A stretch of DNA of 58,558 nt from Candidatus Omnitrophota bacterium (GTDB lineage: Bacteria; Omnitrophota; Gorgyraeia; B26-G9). The position numbers and the translations under genes were made by a program. The DNA is taken from assembly GCA_018895275.1 (NCBI GenBank), contig JAHIOQ010000048.1, forward strand, positions 1 to 58,558, read 5' to 3'. The first letter of the stretch is position 1. Every line of letters begins with the position of its first letter. The notes under the pieces are model-generated. The model did not search any database and had not been told where the DNA came from. It saw nothing but the letters and a program-made list of their open reading frames with translations. Of the stretch, positions 46,554 to 55,319 are shown piece by piece.

Positions 46554-47839
46554 GGCATAAAGCCCCTGATTAAATCGGTTATTGTTTTTTCCTGATTATG
46601 TTTTAGCGTCGCCACGATAACTAAGCTAAGCCTGGCTTTCCGGAATATTCTCCGGGCAACCGCCTGAATGTCAGCCATAGTGACTTTTTCTATATCCGCG
46701 ATAATTTCTCCAGCAGGTTTTATCCCGGTTTCACACATGTATTGCTCTCCCATCCAAACCATATGCTCAAGCGTATCTTCCAGCCCCATAAGCAAATGCC
46801 CGGTATAGTATTCCTTTGCCCGTTTCAATTCTTCTTTATCTGCAGATTCGCGGCAAATCTTTCTTAACTGCCGCAAAATTACCTCAACCGCCGCCTCCGC
46901 ATTTTTGTTTACTATTCCGGCATACACAAGGAAGGCCCCCGTATCCGCATAACGCCGCATCGCCGTGCCTATTTCATAGGCATAACCTTTTTTTTCCCGC
47001 ACTTCGTTAAAAAGCCGGCTGGACATGTTCGCACCCAAAATTATATGCAAAAGCATTAAGGCGTGACGAGCCGGGTCATCGCGGCGAAACGAATGCAGCC
47101 CCAAACAAAGATGCGATTGCTGCGTGTCCTTTTTTATAAAATCCACCTGTGTTTTTGCCGGCAAGCAGTCTGCCGCCGGGAAGGTTGATTTCACCGCTTT
47201 CTCATTGGCCATCTTGTTTTTTCGAAAAAATTCATCGGCTAAAAAAACGATATGGTCATGCTTAACATTACCGCAGACAGCAACAATAATATTGTTTGGA
47301 TTATAATAATCTGTTTTAAAATTAAGCAGTTTCTGCCTATCGATATTTTTGAGTGTTTCAAATGAACCGGCCAGATTACGTCCCAAAGGATGATTCGGCC
47401 AAAGCAGCTGAATCAACCGGTCATATGCAAGATGATGCGGTAAATCAAAATACATTTTAATCTCTTCAGAAATTACCCGGCGTTCTTTTTCGACATCCGC
47501 CGGCTTTAAAAGCGGATTTACCACCATATCCAGTAATACATCAACGGCAACCGGCAGGTGCTTGCAAAGCACCTTTGCGATAAAACAAGTCAGTTCCTCC
47601 GCGGTAAAAGCGTTGAGCATTCCGCCCACACCCTCAATGGCCTCCTTTATGCCGCGATAATCACGATTTTTGGTGCCTTTAAAGACCATATGCTCAAAAA
47701 AATGGGATATACCGCTTACCTGCTGATCCTCATAGCGGCCGCCGACACCGGCCCAAACTCCAACCGCAACGGAATTAACCTTAGGCATAAAACATGTTAA
47801 TATTTTTGTCCGGTTTTCACCGGTGGTAATTTTATACAT
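46550..47839 (-). CDS. M16 family zinc protease (insulinase-like, cytoplasmic)
   Basis: GISHFFEHMVFKGT, LNAFT and SRLFNEVREKKGYAY. Confidence 0.93.
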   Translation of the reverse strand: MYKITTGENRTKILTCFMPKVNSVAVGVWAGVGGRYEDQQVSGISHFFEHMVFKGTKNRDYRGIKEAIEGVGGMLNAFTAEELTCFIAKVLCKHLPVAVDVLLDMVVNPLLKPADVEKERRVISEEIKMYFDLPHHLAYDRLIQLLWPNHPLGRNLAGSFETLKNIDRQKLLNFKTDYYNPNNIIVAVCGNVKHDHIVFLADEFFRKNKMANEKAVKSTFPAADCLPAKTQVDFIKKDTQQSHLCLGLHSFRRDDPARHALMLLHIILGANMSSRLFNEVREKKGYAYEIGTAMRRYADTGAFLVYAGIVNKNAEAAVEVILRQLRKICRESADKEELKRAKEYYTGHLLMGLEDTLEHMVWMGEQYMCETGIKPAGEIIADIEKVTMADIQAVARRIFRKARLSLVIVATLKHNQEKTITDLIRGFMP

Positions 47840-47899
47840 AACTTTCTTTAATAAAAGATGAAATATCCGGGTTAGTGAGCAGCAGTACTTAGCTTATTG

Positions 47900-47928
47900 A
47901 TTTTACTAGGTTAAGCGGATTATGTCAA
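47900..47928 (-). promoter_or_regulatory. sigma70 promoter (TTGACA-N17-TAAAAT) for the M16 peptidase-rpe operon
   Basis: Hexamers at 47923-47928 and 47900-47905. Confidence 0.65.
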
Positions 47929-47964
47929 ACAAAAAAGCTCCTTTTTTCAAGGAGCTTTTTTGTT
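47928..47964 (-). terminator. Intrinsic terminator, likely bidirectional
   Basis: 15-bp perfect stem AACAAAAAAGCTCCT/AGGAGCTTTTTTGTT. Confidence 0.8.
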
Positions 47965-47995
47965 GCGGTTTAATTTTTAGAGTTGGCTGGGATGT

Positions 47996-48196
47996 TCAAT
48001 GCTTCAGAAGCTGCTTAATTTCTTCCATGGTCTTGGTGTATTTAATGCAAAGAGCATATTTGGAAACATAAAGTTCTTCATTAACATAAAAATAATAAGC
48101 TATATATAAAGTCCCGATAAAATGCACACAGCCTGCCTCAGTCTCACGCTGTACCAAAAATCTTCTTTGAATAAACAAGTTATTATTATACATCAC
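47996..48196 (-). CDS. Small hypothetical protein, about 65 aa
   Basis: GAGGAGGAGG ribosome-binding site, its own promoter and a downstream terminator; no family recognised. Confidence 0.55.
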   Translation of the reverse strand: MMYNNNLFIQRRFLVQRETEAGCVHFIGTLYIAYYFYVNEELYVSKYALCIKYTKTMEEIKQLLKH

Positions 48197-48270
48197 CTCC
48201 TCCTCTCTTTTTTATTATACTTTATAAAAGTACTTAAAATATAAATAAAAAAAATTCTTCCTTTGTTTAA

Positions 48271-48299
48271 AGTATATCATAGCCTCTCCCTTTTGTCAA
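48271..48299 (-). promoter_or_regulatory. sigma70 promoter (TTGACA-N17-TATACT, TG extension)
   Basis: Minus strand reads TTGACA aaagggagaggctatga TATACT. Confidence 0.7.
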
Positions 48300-48363
48300 G
48301 AAAGTCCCGGGTGGTTCAAAAACGGCGAATTACGTATAACTGATTGGATTTAAAACTGTTACG

Positions 48364-49182
48364 CTACTCGGAAAGATAATATTTAAGCGTTTGTATTGTA
48401 TTATCACGCATAATTTCAATTTCCAGGATTTTTACCTGCTCTATTTTTTTCGCAATTTCAAAGGCATCGGACACATCTTTAAGCGGCATTTTATTGACGC
48501 TTTTCACCACATCATTGTTTCTAAAGCCTAAGGCCACAATCGTGCCGCTATTAGGAAGGTTTTTAAAACATATACCGTGAACGCTCCCTGAACCTTTATC
48601 AATTGCCTTGGAAATTTTAATAGAATTCATTTCTTTAACTGCCGACACAATCATGTCTGATACGGCATTCTTATCTATAATCCTTTCATTTTCCTTTATC
48701 CGGCGCACTGCGGTAAACGCAGAAGGATCATCTTCGAAAAGCAAGGCTCTTTTTTGTTCATCTATTTCCAGTATCACCCGATCAGAGAATATCGAAAGTA
48801 TCGAGAATCTGCCCAGAACGGAGCCTTCCGTGTAAATCCCTGTTTTGCGCAAATCAGTCAGCTCAATAAAAGCCAACGGCATTGACCCATGACAGACACC
48901 AAGAAGCCGCAATTTCGCCTCTTGTGATGAAATTGGAGTAATTACTTCGGAATCCATATCCATTGCCGGAGAAGATACGGATAAATAATTCGGTGATTCT
49001 TTATTAGTATCTGCATCTTTAAGCATGGATACAGAAAATACACGGTTACGTGTAATATTCCCCTTTATTTCATCCCGCTGCAAAAGAATTGTCCGCAAAA
49101 GAATAATTTGATACACGCAGAATACCGCATTAGCGAGAAGAATAAGCAGTAAGGAAACATAGGCGAGGTCTTTTTTTATCAT
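48364..49182 (-). CDS. GspC-like type II secretion protein (TM, HR domain, PDZ)
   Basis: TM anchor; LRLLGV...AFIE...GIYTEG..LG.F.ILSIFSDRVILE HR domain; ALGFRNNDVVKSVN PDZ-like C-terminus. Confidence 0.75.
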   Translation of the reverse strand: MIKKDLAYVSLLLILLANAVFCVYQIILLRTILLQRDEIKGNITRNRVFSVSMLKDADTNKESPNYLSVSSPAMDMDSEVITPISSQEAKLRLLGVCHGSMPLAFIELTDLRKTGIYTEGSVLGRFSILSIFSDRVILEIDEQKRALLFEDDPSAFTAVRRIKENERIIDKNAVSDMIVSAVKEMNSIKISKAIDKGSGSVHGICFKNLPNSGTIVALGFRNNDVVKSVNKMPLKDVSDAFEIAKKIEQVKILEIEIMRDNTIQTLKYYLSE

Positions 49183-49222
49183 TAGCTTCCATAAGAGCTT
49201 AAAATACCTTTAACACACAAAA

Positions 49223-50227
49223 CTAGAATTTCAGGGTGATGCCTAACTGATGCAGGTAATCTTCCACTCCTGCCGGTGCGTCTTGCCAATATATAAATGT
49301 GTAATCAAGATAATACTGTATAGGATAAATATTTAAAAAATCAGACCGCTGCCAGCCAAAACCGGTGCTGTAGAATTTACTTGAGTCCACTTTAGAATTC
49401 GGCTGATGCGCTCCTAGACGAAAAGAAAACGATTTCGTAAGATAGTGTTCAAAACCAATCCGGACATTCCGGCTGAAATCCGCCCCGTGGTCACTGGTAT
49501 TGCCGGTTAAATCATATATGTCGCAGGTTAAAACAGTTTTTTCCGATAAAAAGTACGCAATCCCCGGACGCATCACGCGTATAAGCCGGCTGTTAACGCC
49601 GAATAGCGTATATGTCGGCTCATTCAGGTTTTCCCATAATAGGCCAAAAGAAAGCACGTCATTAACGTACCACAAAAAGCCGAGGTTCACGCTTATTGCC
49701 GTATCAGAGTCCGATACCCCGGGAATATCCGTGTCAAAATAATAATAGTTCAGGGCAACACCCCAGGACATCGCATTATCTTTGGAAAATTTCCTTCCAT
49801 AAGCAATACCCGAATGCCAAAGGGAGGTTTTAACGGCCGTATTGGTATCTTCATATCCGCTATTATGAAAATAAAGTCCGATACCGCCGTATTTATCTTT
49901 ATTTTCTTCATACAAGGAGCTTATCGGCTGCGCATATGCGGCATAATCATCACTAATAAAATCAGCACTTATATAGTCATCCCTGTTTACAATAATCCCG
50001 GAATAAGTAATTTCCTTTTCCTGCTGCCACCCCAGCCCTGCCGGATTCCAGCTGGCCGAATGCACATCATCGGAAAGGGCCACAAAAGCCCCGCCCATGG
50101 AAATCGGCCTTACCCCGCCTTCGGCAGAGTAGCACTCAGACACACCGGATAGAAGTAAAAAAAGCAAACAAATGAAAATTAAAACATGTTCCCGGGAAAA
50201 GGTTGTAATTTTTCTATAACATATCAT
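49223..50227 (-). CDS. Outer-membrane beta-barrel, PorV/FadL-like
   Basis: Signal peptide; GVRPISMGGAFVALSDD.HSASWNPAGL N-terminal motif; alternating beta-strands; C-terminal ...LGITLKF. Start ATG at 50227 overlaps the upstream stop codon (TAATG). Confidence 0.8.
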   Translation of the reverse strand: MICYRKITTFSREHVLIFICLLFLLLSGVSECYSAEGGVRPISMGGAFVALSDDVHSASWNPAGLGWQQEKEITYSGIIVNRDDYISADFISDDYAAYAQPISSLYEENKDKYGGIGLYFHNSGYEDTNTAVKTSLWHSGIAYGRKFSKDNAMSWGVALNYYYFDTDIPGVSDSDTAISVNLGFLWYVNDVLSFGLLWENLNEPTYTLFGVNSRLIRVMRPGIAYFLSEKTVLTCDIYDLTGNTSDHGADFSRNVRIGFEHYLTKSFSFRLGAHQPNSKVDSSKFYSTGFGWQRSDFLNIYPIQYYLDYTFIYWQDAPAGVEDYLHQLGITLKF

Positions 50228-52782
50228 TATTTGTTCCCCCCATTGATAAGATGAACACATTGAATAATCGGCTGTAGATATTGCCTGCATATAATTTTAA
50301 TCGTCTGGTTATGGCGAATAGACTCGGCAATGCGCGGGCTGACTATATAATACAGCGAAACAAACTGCCTGCCGAGATTATCTTTTAGTAAAAAGCAGTC
50401 TCTGAATCTGCGCAACGTCTTTACCTGCGGCGCATCCATCGTTCCATAGCAGGCTGTCGCGATAAAACAATCACTACGCCCGGAACTGGAAGTGTCGCCT
50501 CCCGGACCGATTATCGTAACGTTCGCGCGGTTCAGCTCGGATGTGCCTCCTTCGTAAACCGACCCGTCATATCCGAACCCAACGTAATGATACGTAACTC
50601 CCGACTGAATATCGGTATGATTGAACGTATCAATGCTCCCCGGAGCCGCAGTACGCGTGCACAAAAGCGTACCATCTGTTTCGCCGGCAGGATACACCCC
50701 ATCCGTGCGATAGCGAATCATCGTACTCTGCAGGTTAGCCCGGCTTGAATTTTTCCAGCGCAGCGTTACCCAGCTGTTTGTGCCTAAGGAAATATTCGAG
50801 GCGGAAAAATCCGTTGGAGATAAGAACGCGGCATTAACCGGAGTCTGCGGGTCTCCCAGCAAATTGGCCGTAAAATGTCCCCAGCGATATGCCGGGTCAA
50901 TACTTAAGACTCCTATGGTATCTTCCTTGGCGTCCTGTAATGCCCTTCCCAAATTAATAATCCCTTCGCCGACAACCGCATCCCAGAATTCACGCATATA
51001 TCTTTGAGAAATACCATCGGTACTGCCGGGCACATACCAGCCATACCGGCTGTTCCCGACAAAAGCAAAAGCTCCATGGCTGGAGGTGACAAAATGCTCC
51101 AGCACGGAATCATCTGTGCCATAAGTTGATGCGGCTGTCGTCCGGTTATCGAATGCCCCGGAATAGCATCCTAACGTATATCCCAAAAAAGGATTAGTAT
51201 TGGTAAGCGCGTCGGCATTGGCATTGGCAAAGGTCTTGGCAAATATCGTATTGTTGGCATGTCCGTTATGATTTATGATGTGAATTCCGCTATTAAGAAC
51301 AGCGATAAGGTTATCACGCGTCCAGGTAGCGTCCTTATCGTAGAGTGTCGTAAATGTAAAATATCCGGTACCCGCCATGCCGGCTGTCGTATATCCGTGT
51401 GTGCCGGCCCCGTTTCTTATTTCTTCCAATCCGTCCTTTCCATAAGTATCATCGTCAAGTTTCTCACCGGCAAGAGCAACTTTAGTCAAATAAGCATCCG
51501 TTGAATTTTCATAGGCAATCGTTTTTTGCACAAAATTAGATACTTCCGTAGCGGAATCAACCGGCGCCCTGCCCACAGAGACCTCTGCCATAAGGTCTAC
51601 ATCTCCGCCGCCTGCGCCGTCGGTGGCTTCTCCGTAAATACCGTCCGCGTCATTATCAAATGTTCCGTCCAAACAGCCGTAATAAAGGTCCGCCGGAATA
51701 TCATTATCCGTATAAATTCCTACACTGGCATACAAGCCGCGATGCGGCACCACCGCTGCGGCATCGGTTTCTCCGTTTTTCACTCCGCTGGCATCTGCGT
51801 CTCCAGCCAAGAGCATGTATTGAGTACCGTAGTTTGTATAATAATCACTTATAAAATTGCGGATTCTCGTTGCGTTATCCGTTGAGCCGTCAGGCCGCGT
51901 TCCGGAATAATTCGCGTATATCCACTCCGTAGTAACAATCGCCGCTGTTAAGCCTTTTGAAATTTTATGAGTAATAAGGTCTTGAAATTTATAGGTTCCG
52001 GCCGCGTTTTTCAGCGCATCGCTGGTGATGATTACATATTGATAAGTGAGCAAGGGAGATTTCATGGGAACGCAAGCATTATAGGTATTTACGACATCAG
52101 AATTATCAACTACACTCCTTATGTCCTCCATGTCCGCTTTTATACCGCGGTAAAAAGGGTTCGCCTGCGAACCCGCGTCCTCATCCAGCGTAAGCGAAAG
52201 ATTCATATTATCGTAATAGGAAAGCTGTCCGCTGGCCGGTAGATACTCTACCGGGTAGAGATTGATTATCAGAATTTTATATCCGCGTTTAAATTGCGTG
52301 GAAACCACGTCATATAACTTTCCCGGAAAAGGCATGTTGGAATCATAGATATCCGGATTGGGCGGGGTCAAAGCGGCCTGGCCCGTATAATTTAGCGGCA
52401 CATGCTGCTGCGCCGGCTCCACGATATAAGAACCGTCTAGTGTCTTTTTACTTGTCCAACCAACATTAACTCCACTAACTGCCTTGCCGTAAGGCACAAG
52501 AAAACGCACCGTCTTAAACGGCAGGAGCGGTTCTCCCGGCGCGGCGCAATTCGCCAGCCCATTAATAATGACACGGTCATAATTACCGGCCCTTGTGACG
52601 ATTAGGGATTTGATCCGGGAGGTGATTACCCCCGAACGGATACGAAGGTCATACCCCGGCTCATTATCGCTTTGAGCGCACGCATACCCGGTACCGATAA
52701 TTTCCGCAAGAAAAAAAAATAAAATTATAAATACGTACCTCCATATTCTGTTATTGCGTCTTTTCTTCGGCATTAACTCCAT
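50227..52782 (-). CDS. C25 (gingipain-family) cysteine peptidase: signal peptide, propeptide, C25, FN3-like domain, CFI-box-CTERM
   Basis: PGEPLLP propeptide; YMLLAGD, DLYYGCLDG and VGRAP; catalytic NHNGHA (His) and LGCYSGAFD (Cys); FVGNSRYGW; LLGDP; C-terminal CFIATACYG...LRRFRD..L...G..FV.LYY..SP.IA. Confidence 0.9.
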   Translation of the reverse strand: MELMPKKRRNNRIWRYVFIILFFFLAEIIGTGYACAQSDNEPGYDLRIRSGVITSRIKSLIVTRAGNYDRVIINGLANCAAPGEPLLPFKTVRFLVPYGKAVSGVNVGWTSKKTLDGSYIVEPAQQHVPLNYTGQAALTPPNPDIYDSNMPFPGKLYDVVSTQFKRGYKILIINLYPVEYLPASGQLSYYDNMNLSLTLDEDAGSQANPFYRGIKADMEDIRSVVDNSDVVNTYNACVPMKSPLLTYQYVIITSDALKNAAGTYKFQDLITHKISKGLTAAIVTTEWIYANYSGTRPDGSTDNATRIRNFISDYYTNYGTQYMLLAGDADASGVKNGETDAAAVVPHRGLYASVGIYTDNDIPADLYYGCLDGTFDNDADGIYGEATDGAGGGDVDLMAEVSVGRAPVDSATEVSNFVQKTIAYENSTDAYLTKVALAGEKLDDDTYGKDGLEEIRNGAGTHGYTTAGMAGTGYFTFTTLYDKDATWTRDNLIAVLNSGIHIINHNGHANNTIFAKTFANANADALTNTNPFLGYTLGCYSGAFDNRTTAASTYGTDDSVLEHFVTSSHGAFAFVGNSRYGWYVPGSTDGISQRYMREFWDAVVGEGIINLGRALQDAKEDTIGVLSIDPAYRWGHFTANLLGDPQTPVNAAFLSPTDFSASNISLGTNSWVTLRWKNSSRANLQSTMIRYRTDGVYPAGETDGTLLCTRTAAPGSIDTFNHTDIQSGVTYHYVGFGYDGSVYEGGTSELNRANVTIIGPGGDTSSSGRSDCFIATACYGTMDAPQVKTLRRFRDCFLLKDNLGRQFVSLYYIVSPRIAESIRHNQTIKIICRQYLQPIIQCVHLINGGNK

Positions 52783-54268
52783 CCTCCCATTTCTGCCATT
52801 TTTGCGCCGCCTCCTTTAACGCCTGTTGCAGCGCAGCGTCCCGGTCCATAGGCTTTTTTTCTTCGTCTAAATCCTGTCTTAGTATATGTGGAGTAATAAA
52901 GACTACAATCTCTTTTTTCACTTTGTTGGTAGCAGTACTCCGGAAGAACAATCCCAGCAGCGGGATGTCACCCAATATGGGAATTTTGGTCCTGACCTTT
53001 GAATCGGTATCTTTTATAAGCCCTCCAAGCACTATCGTCTTTCCGTTTTTAACCACAACCACAGTGTCTGCCTGTGTCGTATCAACCGCGAGGGAATTAT
53101 TCACTTCCGCCACACGCCGCGCCGAACTTACTTCCGGATGAATCTTCATCATAATATAACCATCTTTTCCAATCTTCGGCGTCACATTCAATTTAACGCC
53201 GACGTCAATAAACTTCGTTTCTTGTGTCTGCGTATTGGTTTCCTTGTCGATATAAGTAACCAGATACGGCTCCGAACTGCCGACAAGAATATTTGCTTCA
53301 TTGTTATCCACGACAACAATCCGCGGATTGGAAAGTATGTTTGTATTCGTCATACTTTCCAGTGCCTGCACGGTTGCCTGGTACTGGTCTTCAGTCAATG
53401 TGCCGACTTTTAAAATACCCCCGGTAGTCAAGGCAATCGGCAGCTGCGCCGAAATATTCACCGCATTCTCGCCCGAAGTGCTGACATATTGCCAGTTTAT
53501 CCCCAGGCCTTTGGTTTTATCCAGAGAAACTTCCAGAATCTTTGCTTCAATCAAGACCTGCGCTGAACGCTGATCCCAGTTTTCGATAATAAGGTCAATC
53601 TTGCTTATCGTTTCCGGCACAGCCCGCACGACAAGGCTGTTCGTGCGCACATCAACAAAGACTTCTCCTTCCTGCTTTGGAATTAACTCCACGAGCTTAG
53701 CCTGGATATCTTTTACTTGCGCATAACTTAAATTATATATGCGCGTCACAAGCTTTCGGTCCATGACAACGATGGCCTCTTCGATAGCCTTAAGATTTTC
53801 GCAGGTATCGGTAACGATCATCTGATTGGAAATGCTGTTTATCTCCACCCTGCCGCGGGGAGATTTCAGGGAATTTAAAACCTGCCGCAGATCCGCCGCT
53901 TTGCTATTGACTAAGAAAAAGACACGGCTGACTAGTTTTTCCGTCTGTTCCTGCTGCAGTACATCCTGCTGCGTAAAAACTTTGATTATCCCATCTTCGG
54001 TTTTGAATACGAAGTTGTTGGCATCCAGGATTGCGTTCAGCGCCTGTTCAACCGTAACGTCCTGCAATTTTGCCGTAACCCGGCCCTGCACGTTTCTGCT
54101 GGCAACCATATTAACCTGCCCCTGTTCGCCAAGCATCCGCAAAACATCAAGTATGCTCATATTCTTCACGTCAAGGTTAATCCGCTGCGTTGTTATATCC
54201 TGCGCATAAAGATAACTTGCCGCACATATAAAGAATGTCAAAAATATGATACAAATATTTTTTTTCAT
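52751..54268 (-). CDS. gspD: Secretin (GspD/PilQ family)
   Basis: N0 domain, two N3 repeats, QVLIEAKILEV, NPRIVVVDNNEANILVG, DVGVKLNVTP, KIPILGDIPLLGLFF and EIVVFITP. Confidence 0.93.
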   Translation of the reverse strand: MKKNICIIFLTFFICAASYLYAQDITTQRINLDVKNMSILDVLRMLGEQGQVNMVASRNVQGRVTAKLQDVTVEQALNAILDANNFVFKTEDGIIKVFTQQDVLQQEQTEKLVSRVFFLVNSKAADLRQVLNSLKSPRGRVEINSISNQMIVTDTCENLKAIEEAIVVMDRKLVTRIYNLSYAQVKDIQAKLVELIPKQEGEVFVDVRTNSLVVRAVPETISKIDLIIENWDQRSAQVLIEAKILEVSLDKTKGLGINWQYVSTSGENAVNISAQLPIALTTGGILKVGTLTEDQYQATVQALESMTNTNILSNPRIVVVDNNEANILVGSSEPYLVTYIDKETNTQTQETKFIDVGVKLNVTPKIGKDGYIMMKIHPEVSSARRVAEVNNSLAVDTTQADTVVVVKNGKTIVLGGLIKDTDSKVRTKIPILGDIPLLGLFFRSTATNKVKKEIVVFITPHILRQDLDEEKKPMDRDAALQQALKEAAQKWQKWEDGVNAEEKTQ

Positions 54269-54789
54269 AATCTTAATTCAACCGTTTCTCCATCCTTTTC
54301 CAGGATGACTTTGGCCGGTAACACCTCTTTTACGGTAAAGCCGCCGATTCCTTCGCCCCCGTAACAGTAATACGATTGGTCTGTTTTTATATTAGCGATA
54401 ATTGCCTGCGGCCCCTGTGCCCCGGAAACAATACCCATTAATTGCAGGTCGCTCAGCTGTATGCCGGGATCAGCAACAAGCGCAAAATCCGGACGCGCTT
54501 TTACCAAACTGTTGCCGGTAGAAGAAATAAATAACCGTTCCCGGCTTAAGATTCGCTCGTAGAATTTCAATGACTTCTTGATTACCTTAAATTCCGGGAT
54601 AACCCCGTGTTCGCGGCTTTGCACTTGTTTCCGCACGGAAATCCCCTTTGCCGCTATAAATATATTCGCACAAAGAAATACGGCAATAACCGCTGCGGCA
54701 CACATCAGGAATATATTAAGCCGATCAACAAAAATTACCTTTTGCTGCGGTAGGCGGACATTCACGTCTATGTTTTCTTTACCAAACAT
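54265..54789 (-). CDS. GspC/PilP-like HR-domain protein without PDZ
   Basis: TM anchor, then LQLMGIVSG...AII...Y...GE.IGGF.VKEV....VILEKDGE.VEL. Confidence 0.7.
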   Translation of the reverse strand: MFGKENIDVNVRLPQQKVIFVDRLNIFLMCAAAVIAVFLCANIFIAAKGISVRKQVQSREHGVIPEFKVIKKSLKFYERILSRERLFISSTGNSLVKARPDFALVADPGIQLSDLQLMGIVSGAQGPQAIIANIKTDQSYYCYGGEGIGGFTVKEVLPAKVILEKDGETVELRL

Positions 54790-54794
54790 GATTT

Positions 54795-55319
54795 TTATTC
54801 CTTTGCCGTTGCCGCACTTAAGAGCAGCTGTATCTTAAGCGGCTCTCCCTGCGCCTGAGCTGCTATTTGTGTGTATTTAACAGAGAATACATACGGAGAA
54901 TCATCCAGGTCATAAAGGAATTTACCAAAATTCTTCAACTCCCCTTCCGTTTCAACCTTAACCTCAAACTTATCGTACAACCCCTCTTTTTTGACGGCCA
55001 GAGGTTTGATATTAATAACATTTAATCCCGCATCTCCGGCCTTGAATTTAATCGCCTGCAAAATATCGGTAGAACGCGTTTCCCTGTTTTCTTTTACGCT
55101 AAACTTTTTTTCGAAAACATTATACTCTTTTTCTACAAGTTCTTTCGATTCGAGGATAGTGCTGATCTTTACCAAAGCCGTTTCCATATCCTTTATTTTC
55201 GAGTTAACCTCTTTGTACCGCGGATACCCGAATTGGAAAAAAAAATAGTACGCGGCGGCTCCGCAGATAATAATCAAATAAACAGCCAGCAAAAGAGATT
55301 CGCGCCTGGTTAATTTCAT
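54795..55319 (-). CDS. pilO: PilO/GspM-like inner-membrane assembly protein
   Basis: LTRRE N-terminus, TM, coiled coil, then ferredoxin-like ...EVKVETEG.LKNFGKFLYDL. Confidence 0.75.
   Translation of the reverse strand: MKLTRRESLLLAVYLIIICGAAAYYFFFQFGYPRYKEVNSKIKDMETALVKISTILESKELVEKEYNVFEKKFSVKENRETRSTDILQAIKFKAGDAGLNVINIKPLAVKKEGLYDKFEVKVETEGELKNFGKFLYDLDDSPYVFSVKYTQIAAQAQGEPLKIQLLLSAATAKE

Noticed and set aside
2966-47839. Two M16 peptidases as a novel pair
   Set aside because: Both are ordinary family members in unrelated operons, with no evidence of linkage.
49223-52782. Calling the protease and barrel bona fide porU/porV of a T9SS
   Set aside because: The protease has a gingipain-like layout without a T9SS CTD, and no sprA or porKLMN is in the window. 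Reported as an analogy only.
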